Part shown: piece by piece, positions 25,201-38,500 of the stretch | How the letters are laid out: each line of letters begins with the position of its first letter | Numbering within the stretch: the first letter of the stretch is position 1 | Assembly (NCBI GenBank): GCA_008632985.1 | Contig: QPGO01000001.1 | Location: 1,086,404-1,150,403 of the forward strand | DNA from: Psammoneis japonica | Lineage: Eukaryota | Reading direction: 5' to 3' | DNA length: 64,000 bases | Made by a program: the position numbers and the translations under genes | Notes under the pieces: generated by a model | Seen by the model: the letters and a program-made list of their open reading frames with translations, nothing else | The model's database searches: none | What the model was told of the DNA's origin: nothing

Positions 25201-27888
25201 GGGCAGACCTTGCATCGAAGGACCTTGTCAGGTTCTCAAAAATTGGAAACCCACCGCACTCATCCATCCTTCTTGGGAGCAACAAATGTTCCAGCCACCC
25301 ATTCCATTGGTCCCACTGGCTCTAAAACTCTGATCTTGCAAAGATGGTTCAATTCTTTCTTAAAAACTTCCTCATCATTCTTTGATGCTTCACAAGCTTT
25401 GGAATGAAAAGGGGTGGCATTGGGATCAATTTCCAAATGCACCTTCTCATGCGGACATTTGCCGAGTGTGCCATCAAAAAGAGTTTCATGTTTTTCAAGT
25501 GTGGTCTGCAATTGATTGCATTGCTCTTGGGTCAAATGCTTTTGAGCTTGAGCCACCTTCTCTGTCAAAACCTTCTTGCATTTGGCATCCAACATGTGGC
25601 TCTCACTCAATGGTTCATCTTCCTCTTGATCGTCAAGTGTTTCCAGCCAGTTCTGTGCCTTGTTCCAATGATTGGGCTGTTTCATGGGAATTGACATGTC
25701 ATCCAACCACTTCATGACGCCAAACCAGAAATCCAACACTGTTCCAGCCTTGGCAAGGAAATCTTGACCCAACATCACATCGCATTTACAAGGAGAATCA
25801 AAAACTTGCACCACAACATTGTCCACTTGTTTGGATTCATCAAATTCAGGGAGCACCAGATCTTTCATGATGACACATCGGAAAGATTCACATCATCCAG
25901 CCATGGTCTCAAAACTCATCCTTCCTTCATCATTCATTGTCGGATTGGCTCCCTTGGGTAAAACTTGAGAATGTGCAAGGGTGTTGGCACCTCCAGAATC
26001 CAAAAGCACTTGCAACACTCGCTTGCTCTCTTGATTTTGAATTGTGTGTCAAGCCATCAACGTCGCAGGCACCACATTCAATGGCTCAGGAGTCGCAGTT
26101 TTTGGGGTTGGTGCAGTGCACTCCAAAGCGCCGCCCAAATCTTTGTCATTCACAGTGTGGGATTCCATCAGGTCTCCAACACTTTCATCCACATTAAAAC
26201 ACAAATGATTTTCACAATCACACAAAACATAAAAAGATTGAACAACATGCTTTGATTTGGGCACTTCCGTCCCACATCAATTGTGCCAACTTCATTGGCC
26301 TTGTGGAATTTGACCGCCTTGATTGTGTCCATTTTCACCTTGCAACTCATGAGGCCCTCCTTGATCACAATGGTGTGACTCCATTTGCCAGCCACTGGGA
26401 GGAGCTGCTCCAGCCAGATTTCCACAGCCTTGGGCATCAACGTTGGCTTGGGTGCCGTTTTGATTTTGACAATGGCAGGATCCACCTCCTTGGGAATTTT
26501 GAGAATCACCACAGTTTCCACAACCGCAACCTCCACAGTTGCCTTGGTTGCCACAATTGCTGCGTCCTTGACCTTGGAAGTCACCTTGACCTCCTCAGCC
26601 TTGTGGTCCTCATCCTTGACAATTCCCATGGCCTCCACCTCAACCTCTGCCACAACCTCCTTGGTCTGTCCTTGGTTGACAGTTTTGGCTCTCTGGATTC
26701 AAAACACAATCCTTCCACTTGTGATCATGATTGGGGTGCACTGGACACGTTCCACTTGAGCACTGTTCCCACGACTGTGCCATGAAGCTTGGGATGAAGT
26801 CGAATTGTTCTTGCATTTCTTCTCCTGCTTCTTGTTGCCACCTTTGTCTGCAAAAGATTTCTCATTGTTCATGCTGCCAATGATCTTGGCCAGACTGTCA
26901 GCAGCTGTCGCACGTCCTGCTCGAGTGCACATCTCTCGCCACGGTCAAGGAAAGCTGTCAAAAATGATTTTCTTCTTCTGAGCATCATCAATCTGAGGAT
27001 TGTTTCCAGGAAGCTTGTTGACATGTCAAATCAAGGTCCTGCGTGCGCCTGCATTTCAGATTTGAATGGTTTTTCAAGGCCAGCAAGCATTCAATCATTG
27101 CATCATGAGCTTCATCATCACAATGAGACAAATAAAAACGACTCATCTCCTGATCAAATCGTGCAACAGTTTTGTCAGCATCAGCAATGCTGTCAGTCAA
27201 ATTTGTCCATTTGTCCTCCACCGCATCAGCCAACACTTCTTCAAAATTGTCAAAAAGCTCTCCTCCAGCAGTGTGCTCCAACTTAGCCGCAATTTTACGA
27301 AAACGATCCACAATGAACAACAATGCTTCAATGCCATGAGTTCCATCAAAACACGGACACTTCTTAGTGTGAGCACTGCCATCATCATGCGCCTGCATCA
27401 ACTTCACACTTTCCAAATCAGAATGCTCAAACTTTGTCTCACAACCAATGCATGGTTCCTTCAATGATTCACTCATCATAAATGACAGAATGCAATTGTG
27501 CGATGGTCCTCTCCAAGGACTCTACATTTGACTCCAATTGATGCACTCAACTTGCCAAATTCTGTTTGTGATGTTTATGCTGTTGTGCTTGTTTTTGATG
27601 ATCAATGGCCCAAGCTGCCGCTCTCACTTGCAGATGTCTTTTCTCTTGTTCAGTTAATTTCCCCACACACAGTCTCATCTCCATCCAGTTCTTTTGGTCA
27701 ACTGTGGTTGCAGTGCAAGGTCAAACAAGACAAAGATGTCAGTGTCAACAAAAATCATGAGAGCAGACCAAGGGAACGAGGTTGTAATCAGCAAAGCCAG
27801 TTGGTGAAGCCCGTCACAACATCTCTCTTGAATGTCCAATGCAATCATCAATGCCACATGTCAGAAAAACAAGGTGCGCGACACTGCA
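22240..27888 (-). mobile_element. Full-length degenerate Ty3/Gypsy LTR retrotransposon
   Basis: 175-bp LTRs 22240-22414 and 27714-27888; TSD atttc (22235-22239 and 27889-27893); PPT ggaagggaagag on minus. Domain order: gag, PR (VLLDSGG), RT (APKKDG, AHIDDI), RH (ADSSDHQMG, EKELL), IN (VAVDLVGPW, HDDGGEF). Confidence 0.95.
24503..25028 (-). repeat. 263-bp tandem duplication of the Gypsy RT active-site segment
   Basis: 24503-24765 and 24766-25028 both encode PDVAQAIIEK..LEAHIDDIAQFDD..GHWLTPTGV. Confidence 0.95.
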
Positions 27889-29531
27889 ATTTCCATCACC
27901 ATGGAAAGTGCAGCACTGGTGCAAGTCTTGACAAAGGCGGCACTTTCATGAACAATGGAGATCCATGCCAGCAAAGCTCTTCAGCAATCAAAGTTTTTTT
28001 GCTGCGTGCAACATCTTCTGGTGCCCCCCTTCCCCTGTTGGTCAGTGTGGTCTGCTGTGAGTGCCACACACACCAGCTTGAAGTGCTTTTCAGATTGAGT
28101 GGACGCACTGTGTCAGACAGGCAAAGGGGAGAGCAAGATTGTTTTGTGCATTGTGGGTGTGTGGAAGAAATCCAGATGCAGGCACAACACTTCAAATGAT
28201 CCTTTGCCTGGTGCTCTGAGCATTTGCTGGTGGGGTGGGTTGCTGAACCTTGCAGGAAGGGTGGCATTGGAGCGACCCAATGTGCCAGCTGCAGTGGCAC
28301 AAAAAGGAGAGCCTGCAAAACACATGGAGGCAAGTTCAAGATTTGGGGGCCCAAGATTGACCTGCATCCCATCAGCTCTGAAACACCAACAACAAAGTCT
28401 GCCACATGATTGTTGACAATGCATGCCTGTCCAACACCACTGCAATTTGCTTGAAAGGCTGATGTTGCCATCTTGACTGGCCCCACTGCTGCTGCATTTT
28501 TAAAGATCTCAAGAGAAAAAGTTGGCAACAAAAAGCAGGCAAGGGTGCAGAAAACAATGGCACAACATGGGACAACATGGCAGCAAAAACAATCATGATG
28601 ACAGCATGTTGGCAATGACAACAACAGCAATGACACAGGTTGATTGTCAAGGGTGAAGACGCAGACCAAGAGGAAGATGAAGAAGAAACTTGACAACACA
28701 GTGCAGGCAGCTCCAGCCCAGATGGCACAAATGTTTGGCCATCATGCATTCCTTGTTGTCACAGTGTGTCAAGTCATTTGGCTTTTTTGTCAATTTTCAG
28801 AGTCATTTGTTGACTCAGGCAACATCCAAGAGTCAAGCATCTCTGCTGCTGATCTGCCCATCTTCAACAGAGGAGAGTTTTGTCAAAGGGTGCCCTGAGT
28901 TGAGCTCTGCATGTGATGATGTGGTGGGCATGAGCTCCCTTCACAGTGCTTGTGCACTGCAGGCAGCAAATGCTTTGTCTTCCACACCTGAACAAACAAC
29001 AAAGTTGTTGGTGCAGTTGTGCCTCTTCACATGCAACAATTTTTTTGAAAATCCACAAGCACCAGTGCACTCCACAGACATTGAAGAGTTGTTTCATGCA
29101 AAAATGTTGAAAGCTGTCATGTGGATTGCAAAACAACTGCACTGCAAAATGGCACAAAATGCCACCAAAGTCATGCAGAAATGTTGGCACATGACAAAAA
29201 AAATGGTGCATGACAAAAAATCACCACTGTTGCAGCCCACAGAAGCATGAGAAGATCCCACTCAGAGACAAAGTGTGACAAAAGTGTCAAAGATTTGTTT
29301 GGGTGCATCAACTCACACATGGCAGATGGACACATTGACTGCCTGGGTGCTCTGCCAACAAATGGTTGCAGGTGCAGGTGCCAGCCTGAGCAACAATGCT
29401 GATGAGACATTCAATGAAATGCAAAAGCTTTGCATCAGCCACTTGTTCTCTTTTGATGCCAACACTCAAAGTGAAGCATTTCAAGCTCTGTGGCACAGGC
29501 AAGAACACAGCACCAGGGCACCTGCTGTTGT

Positions 29532-32500
29532 TGTCAGCCTGTCTGTCCAGCTGTCGCATGATGGACAGACTGTGCGCGGATGATGACCGGACCATTTAGA
29601 CAGATGGGCTGCCTCTCACTTTCTCATCTGCTGGCACTCGTGTCATCACAGTCCCAGTGCTCAGGGAGTCTTTCATGCCTCTGTCTCCTCTGACCTTTGG
29701 CATTCTGTCAGGTTGTGGCCTTGCGCTGTGCCACAGAACTCTGCGCCAAGCTTTCCATTTTGATTCATTTGTTCTGTGAGCTGACCAAGCAAGCCTCATT
29801 GTCTGTTCCAAAAACTTTTTTTCTCACTTTCCTGGCATTTTTCACGACCGTAGAAACATGCAAGATTTCTGTGCATGCATGGCCAAAAATGTTTTCACCA
29901 AGTAAAACCGTGACGTCTCCCGACCTTGCAAAGGCCGCTCCCATGTCCCTCACCAAGATCTGTTGTGAACTCCAGGCACATGCAACAATGCCACATCTCC
30001 ACACGTGCCTGAACAAGCTTTGTGCTGATTTCACACTTGATCTGGACCCGTTCTTTGACGATCCAGAACATGCTCAACCCAAGAAGGATTTTGCAGAATT
30101 GCTTCAAGACTGTCTCATCAACAAAGCAATCCCACCTTGCACAGTTGATCCTGCGAACATGCAGTCAATCAAGACGATCATGGATCAAGCCACATTCTGC
30201 ATCACAGACCCCAACAGGCCTCGTGCGGTTTGTTTGATGCCTGCATCCCTGCCATTGATGATCAAGACAAATCTTCAGAATCATGATCAATCAATCTTCA
30301 TTGTCATCTCTGCGCAACATGTGTGCGTTGACCCAGACATGATGTGGAATTGTCGTGATTGGAAAGAGTTTTCCCTCACCCCCTGCCAGCAGAAGCAACA
30401 GCCCACACCCCCATCTCTGAATGCTTCAGGATCTGCTGCCATTGGTGTGAATGAATTGGTTGCTGCACTCAACAAGTCAAGGTGGTGTGGCACTTCCTGC
30501 TGAGACTGAGGAAACTGCCATGGACGAGTTTCACTTTCATGGCAACCCCTTTGCCAAGACCATTGTGCGCACAATGAAGGGCCCATTTTCTGACTCCACT
30601 TTTGGATTGTCACTGACAACAGATGACCCATTTCAACAAGTTTTTGCATCGGACATTGAACGTGGTTCCCTGGCTGCACATCTCTTCTCTTCTTTGAAGG
30701 CAACCCACAACAAGATTGAGGGTGCGTTTGTCATCTCGATTGATGATCACCCCATCTTTACAGCAGAAGAGGCTGTCAAGCATTTCCAACAGATGTGTGA
30801 TTCAGGCAAGACTCATTTTGAAATTGAGCTCATGCCAGAATGCCACCTGGACTCTCAGGGTTTACAACGAGCCTCAATGGAACATGACATCCATGCACCC
30901 ACCCCTGACCCTGATGATGAACATGTCCGGGAGACAACCAATGCCGACACACGTGCTGCCATGATGCGTCACCCTGACATTGACTTCACAGAGATTGATG
31001 ATGATGATGTCCCTCCACCATTCTTCATCGACTGTGACAATGGTGTTGTCAACATTCATGCGCAATCTCTTCCCGTGCTGTTGCCCCGGAGGAACAAGCA
31101 TTGGGTGCTTTTACTTGCCATTGTCTTAAGAAGTTGGACACATGGCCTGAATGGCATGTGGGTGAATTCAAACAGCTTGATCAATTCCATGAGTTGGGAA
31201 TGTTTGGTGCCCCAATCAAATGTCCCAAGGGTGCCATTGTGCTTTGTCCACATTGGCAACATGACCTCAAGCACGATGGCACATGATGCTCTTGTCAGTG
31301 TTGTGATGGTTCTCCCCATGCTGCGTCAATGCTCCACTGTCTTCATTCAACCTGCTCCTCCTGTGTGGAACAACCTGTCCAACAGATGTTCTTTGCTCTT
31401 GCTGCAACTGCAAGCTGTCCTGCATTTGGTGGTGATGCTCGTGATGCCTGTGCACACTCTCCCTGGCCGTCACACCCCGTCCATGTGCTGTTGATGATGC
31501 ATGTGCGACTTGGTGCAATTCTTGCTTTGGCATTGACTTGGATGGGAGCATGGTGCTCCCGATGCAACATGCCCTCCAAGGACACCCAGAATCTGGTGTG
31601 CTCTGGGAGACGCACATCAACAGCATTTTGTCTGATGTGAATCTGTTGTTTTGCAACACTGCTCATGACAAATGCATTTGTTCTGCTGCATTTGAAGGAC
31701 ACAAGATCTTGCCACTTTGTCAAGTTGATGACTTCTCCATCGCGTGTCCTGAAGAGTCCCATGTGGTCAAAATCTACAACAAAATTGGCAAGACTCTCCA
31801 ATTGGAATCAGAAACTTCCCCACCATTCAAGTGCCTTGGCATGATTGATGAATTCAATGGTGCTGATGTCCATCAATGTGATGATTCTGTTGGCATTGCT
31901 GTTCACAGCTACATTGATCAGGTTCATCTGTCACACAGTTGGGTGACACCAATGGATGTGGAACTCAAGGATGATTTCAAGGCAACACCAACCCCAGTTG
32001 ACTCTGTTTGTGAGCTGCACACCACTGTTGGTCCAGCTGAAGGCACACTGGAGCATGTGGAGTGACAACAGGCTGCTGGTTTTGGATGCCGCACTCCACT
32101 TGGTGAATTGTTGCACGCACATGTTGTCTGTTGTTTGGACATTGGATGTGCTGTCACCACTCTTTCCAAGTTCTCTGCCTGCCCTGCAGTGGTGCACTGA
32201 GATGCACTCAAGGGTGTTTGCAAGTGTCTTTGACACACCAAGCATTGGGAATTGAACTGCAAGAAGCCTCCTTGAGATTCAAGACTCCCTGCCTGCTCTT
32301 TTGAACGACTGTCTCTGGATCCGACACTTCCATTGTTTCCCATTCCTGAATGTGATCATCAACTCATTGCTTTTTTTGATGCTGCAAGTGGGGATGATCT
32401 CCGTGACCATTGCTCTGTGACTGGATGTGCTTGCATGTTGGCCGGCGCTGCTGTGTCTTTTTGATGCAAGACTGAGTCGGTGACTGCTGCGAGTTCAACA

Positions 32501-33153
32501 GAAGCAGAGTTTTGCGCTGCTGGCACTGCTGCCAAACATGCACCTTGCCTCCATCACGTGCCACATGACCCAGGCTTTTCTCAGATAAAGCCAACCCTTT
32601 CATGCATTGACAACAAATTGGCAATCAAGATCATCAATCACTTGATCCCGACCAAGCGCTCACGCCAGTCACATTGAGACCCAGTTTTTTGCAATCCAAG
32701 AATGGAAGGAGGCAGGCAAACTTGTCACAAGACATGTCCCTGGCATTGTCAATCCCAGCAATGACCTTGACAAGGCTCTTGGTTGGGCACTGCATGCTCA
32801 CCACGCTCAACACATGATGGGACACTGTCGTTGATGTTTTTTTCCATGATGGCCTCCCTGCTGCGGTGCATTGTCCCCTTGTTTGCTTGCGCATTGGGCT
32901 TGGACACTCACAGTGTCCTTTGGTCTCTTTGTTTGCATCATCCCCATTCTTTGGTTTGATCTGCACTGTTCTCCATCTTGAGATGTTGCAGATCAGGGGA
33001 GGGTGTCAGCCCATCTGTCTGGCTGTCGTGTGATGGACAGACTGTGTGCGGATGATGACCGGACCATTTAGACAGACGAGCAGATCTCTCTTAGATCCGC
33101 CTCTCACTTTCTCATCTGCTGGCACTCATGTTGTCACAGTCCCAGTGCTCTCA
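29532..33153 (+). mobile_element. Internally deleted degenerate Ty1/Copia element (5' gag fused to the post-integrase region, RT, RNase H)
   Basis: LTR pair at about 29532-29663 and 33004-33153; PPT aggggaggg; ALQGHPESG, CQVDDF, TAASSTEAEF, CIDNK. No PR or IN seen, no clear TSD. Confidence 0.85.
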
Positions 33154-34829
33154 AAGCAAGGAGCCAAGATTTGTGATGATTTCCATGCTTTGTCATTGGC
33201 AGACATGGGTGTGTGTGAACACTGCATCAAGAAGCTTGGTTGTTTTTGTTGCATCCCATTTGCACACATGCTGGTGAAAAACATCAATGTTGAACATTGC
33301 ATCCATTTTGCACCACAGTTGCCTTGTTGCTAAAAAAAAAAGGCACAGCAGTGCACAAGGCTCCACTTTGCTGGCTCCCATGCCTGCATTGTTTGTGGAA
33401 TGACTTGTGTCACTTCAAAAATGTTTTGCTCTGTGACCGGTGGCTGACTTTCTGATGTGCAAAATGACCAGTTCTCACACACTTGTGTGTTTCTCATTCA
33501 AAAGAAACAGAGTGCTTCAACATGTGTGCACATTGAGTGGCATGTGCTTTTATTTGAGTGAGAACCTTTGTGAAAATTGGCCAAAAATGAGCGCAGGACA
33601 AAACACGAGAGTTTGAAAAATGTGCTCTTTTGGCATTCATTGATTTGGGGGTGCTCCGCGCCCTCAATTCCTGCCAAAAGAACAGCCAGATTTGGCACAA
33701 AATGAAATGAAGATGTCGCCACAGGGCAAAGTGATGCAGACTCCTTTCCAAAAAGTGAGCAACTGAGACCAGAGGCAGCCAAATCTGGTGCTCATTTTTG
33801 GCAGGGTGGGCACAGCAAACTGCACAGCCAGAAATCCTGCTCTTCCAAACATGGAATGACCATCAAGGTGCAGCTGCCAAGGAGAAAGATGGTCTTGTTG
33901 CCAAGTTGAAAGGGGCTCACACTGAGCCCAGTCCAGCAATTTTGTCAACATCAACTGCAAAAGTGACTTTTGGCCTGAGTTGTTTTGTGTGAGCTTGATG
34001 CAAAAGATGTTGATGACAAGACATTGCAGTCTCACACTCAGAAGGCATGAAGGAGACCATCTTTGAGGTGGGGTCTCTGAGGGTGGTGGATGTGCTTCTC
34101 AAAATGCATGGTTGAGTGACATCAGAGTTGCAAAACCTTGGGTGGCAACTGGACTTGCAAAGCAGCACATGGGAAGGATGTGGCTGTTGTCCAGGAGGGT
34201 GACAACAAAAAGGAGAGGACACCATCACACCACAAGCACCACAACAAACTTGACAGCAGCTCTGTTGCTCTTCTTTGGGCCAAGCAGTGTGCCACTGAAC
34301 ATGCCCTCAAACGTGCCATCAGCAGCCCCATTGGCAGTGCAGCCAAGGCTCCAAGCAAGCAATTTGCCCTCATGAATGCTGTCACTTGCACACCAGCAGC
34401 TCCAGCATCATTGGGTTGCATTTGACTGTCATTGGTTTCAAAGCAGATGCTGGTGGGCATTGATGCTGATGGGATGTGGCTGTGCAGCTTGTTCAGACTG
34501 TTCTGGTTTGAGCCACTTCATGATGAGGAGCAAATGCCACACAGCACTGCTGCTGCTGGCCAACTGCAGCACCCGTTCTCAACCTGATGAGGAGTTGCTC
34601 AACCTTTCTTTGGTCTTGCAAGTCAGAGCAATGCAAGATTGATGGCGTGGTGTGGGAAATGACAGAAATCAAAGAAGATTTGGATTTTGATGGTCAACAT
34701 TCATGATGAATGAGGAAACAGTGAATGGCAACTGTGACAAATTGGCAGCACAAATGCTGACAGACCCATTCCTTGGCCAGGAACAGAAACCTGTCAGCAG
34801 ACTGACAATGGTTCATTCTGGTGCAAACA

Positions 34830-35551
34830 AAGTGGGCTTGGGTTCAAGGCACACCAACCAAGTGTCTCAGCCATCTGGGCATCTGAACATCCGGGCTTGC
34901 CATCACAGGCATGAGACCAGGCACTTCCACCTTGCCAGGCCAAAAACTGTTCCTGACCCTGGAACACTTGTCCCCATCATCAACAGGGGCACCTGCAACG
35001 GTCCCTGCATGGATGTTGTGTAGACAGCAGCAAGGTGTTGCACTGCAGGTCTGTGCCAGAGTTCTGCTTGCTGTGTCCACCCAATGCCATCAATGCCTGA
35101 ATGATGGAGACAAAACAGGAGTGAGTCACTCTTGTTCAAATCTTGCCAGGGAAGCAATGTGGCACTCAGCTTTTGGAGGCTGAACACACGTGCGGGCTTG
35201 GGCTTGAGTCACACCAACCAAGTGTCTCAGCCATCAGGGTGTCTGAACATCTGGGCATGCCATCACAGGCATGAGACCAGGCACTTCCACCTGGCCAGAC
35301 CAAAAACTGTTCCTGACCCTGGAACAGTTGTCCCCATCATTGACAGGGGCACCTGCAACGGTCCCTGCATGGATGTTGTGTAGACAGCAGCAAGGTGTTG
35401 CACTGCAGGTCTGTGCCAGAGTTCTGCTTGCTGTGTCCACCTGATGCCATCAATGCCTGAATGATGGAGACAAAACAGGAGTGAGTCACTCTTGTTCAAA
35501 TCCTGCCAGGGAAGCAATGTGGCACTCAGCTTTTGGAGGCTGAACACATGT
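34830..35551. repeat. 360-bp tandem duplication in degenerate DNA
   Basis: cacaccaaccaagtgtctcagcc...ggaggctgaacaca is repeated at exactly +360. Confidence 0.95.
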
Positions 35552-38500
35552 GCCTGCAATTCAAGTTTCCTGTGTGGTGGGTGCAACCATCATTCTTGAC
35601 AATGGCTGAGTTGTTGATGCTGCTGTTGACGGCTGTCAAAAAGAGTTTGATGTCTGGTGTTGCAAGACAAGAGTCACATCAGCTGGCAAAACAACAGCTG
35701 CTCAGTGACAACACCACACTGGCAAACAGCTGGAAAGTGCATTGTGCAATGCTCTGGCCAAATGGCAAACTCACACAATTGAGAATGATTGCATGTGGGT
35801 CCCACATGGAGTTTCGTGTGCAATCTGAGAAGAGCAAGACATGGTGTTTCTTGGGTGCATGTCAAGCAACAGGAGACTCCACCTCAGTGCATTGCTGCTC
35901 AACATTTGGTGCAACCCAACTCCAAAAAGAAGCCCACCATGTGCCTTGGTTGGCAAGGGCATGCATGGTTGCCCAGCTCTGGTGGACCCAGAAAACCTCT
36001 TTGACACAAGAGACATTGATGCCCCAACCTGGAATGGTCTCAAGACTCAAGAATGCCATGTTTGCTGCAGACATTGGCCCCATCATTTAACTGCCATGGG
36101 TTCATTGTCAGCAGGACAATGGGAAAGGAGGGCTGGTTGGCTGGCTTCCCATTGATTGCCACCTTGTCTGCTGTGAAAATGATGGCTGTGATCAAATCCA
36201 TGCTGATGACAAGGATTGCCCACCAAAGACAGCAAATGTGTGTCATGACATCATCCCTTTTTTGTGGGCCATTGCACTTCAACAAGATTCTGACACTTCT
36301 TGCTTGGAGTGCTGTGGCAGATCCAGCAACACCACTCCAGCATTTGGAGGAAATCCATGAATTTTGAGTCAAATCAAAACAACACAACCATGATGGCGCC
36401 AAAAACACAGTGAGCAACAATGCAACGCACCAAGGAGCTTCTGGCCCCACTGAGTTGTCAAGCCAAATCCAACCAGACTGCTCAGACAAACAGGAGTGTG
36501 CCAACACAAAGGTGAATGACTTTGTAAAACCATCAGACCACACTCAGCAGACACACCTTTTCACAGCATTCCTGTGCAGGGCCACAGCCTCCAATGAGCC
36601 ACATCTGACCTCACCAAGAAATTCTTTAAACAGCCATCAATTAAAGCCACTTGCACATCTGGGCTCAGCACACCCTCAAGAACCAGCTTGGCTGCATCAT
36701 CCAGGTGAAGCAAGGCATTGTGGTGGTGGCACTGGCAGGTGAAGTGCTCTGGGAAAGGAGCGGCTTCCCTTTGAACTTTGGTGTCCTCTTCTTGGCACCT
36801 CTCTTTGTCACCAAGGGAAATTTTGAGAGAGACTGCAACAGCGTGGACTGTTGGATTCACATGTCAAGAAACTTTGTGAACAGAAGCTGACACTTGGGTT
36901 TTGGGAGTGTGTCTCATGTCTGGGAATGAAAATCTGACAGACATCCGAGATGAGGAGCACACTCCCTTGTGCCAGACAGACTGGCACAGACAGTGCCAAG
37001 AGATCCAATGATCTCTCTCTGCTCACTTTCTTTCTCATCCACCGGTGGCACACGATTGTCATCTGTCCCAGATGCCAGTTAGATTGCCCCGATGCTGACA
37101 GTTTGCAAGGTTGTGAGCAGCAGGAGTGCGCTGTTTGTCTTCCTTGGCGCAACTGCGTTGCAACATTCACTGTGTGATTTGGCAAGGTTTCTCCGTTGAA
37201 ATCGTCATCTTTGTCACAGCCATTTTTCTCACTTGATTTGTGATCATCACGACCACCGTAGACCACATGCCAGTGCTCTGTGTGGGATTTTGATTTTTTT
37301 TTCCCATGCAACCATGGCACCAACTGAGCAAACTTCTGTCAATTTGACCAAGATCAAGTCGTTGCGGGTTGAATTCAGACCGCAAAATCACTTGCCTGAT
37401 GCCCATTCTTGCCTGAATGAACTTCATTCTGACATGACACCTGCTCCCAAAGATCTTCTGGATGGATTTGCTCCTCCAGCCCTCAAGCCCAACGCGTCAC
37501 AAGATTGTTCATGATCCAATCATCCCTCAGGCTGCCTTGAACAAGGACCTCAAATGGATTGGACCACTCATCAACAAAGCTTCTCTCTTTGTGGCTGCCC
37601 CTCAAGATGCTCCAATTTGTCTGAACCACACCATTCTTCAGAAGGCTGCGATCAAAGCAACCTCAGATGATCAAGACACCACAGTGCACATGTTGGGACT
37701 GTCAGTCTCTTCTTTCATCCTGGTTGTGAGAATTGTCTGTGTTGGGATGACATCTCTGACACCCCGCACCCAACATCCCCGTCTCCTCCAAGTTCTGCAT
37801 CTCAACTGGCAGCCACTGTAGTTCCGACCCCTGAAGATTTTGATGCTGAGGCCTCAGCTGCTCATTCACCTGGTCCAAAACAGTTTGAGCAAGCTGTGAG
37901 CAATGCATTGAAGACCTCTGCAGCTTCTGCACCACCTCCTGCACCTTCTGCCATGACTGCCACTGCTGTGGTTTCTTCCTTGACAACCACTGGTGCTGTG
38001 CACACCTTCAATCCAAAAGGACTTCCAAAGGATGCACTGGCTTGCTGTCAACGCAAGGAAGCTGGGAAAGTGGTGTCAGGGAAGTCACTGGCACCCCACA
38101 AGTCGGGAAATCTTTGCTGTGAAGACAGCACCGAATGCCTCATTCTTGCTGATGGTTCACTTTTTGTCCATTGCACTGATTGGGATGCTAAGTTGTTCCT
38201 TTGCAATCCCTTGACCTGTGACCACATCTCACCTCAAGGAATCCAAGCATGGCACACTGCAGCAACCCAACAAGCCTTGGCTTGTGGCACACACATGCAT
38301 CCTCTATGGTGTTTCATCAAGGATGGTGGAAACTGGGGCTTCACGAGTGGAAAGGACCCAACTGATGACCTGCCACTTTGCATGCGCGCGCTGCTTGACC
38401 GCATGAAGCTTGCACCATTTCAGTGCATCCAGAAGGTTGGGATTTTCCCAGCCAGTTCCAAGTGCCCCGATGTTGTTTGCCAATGCCATGGAGATGGACA

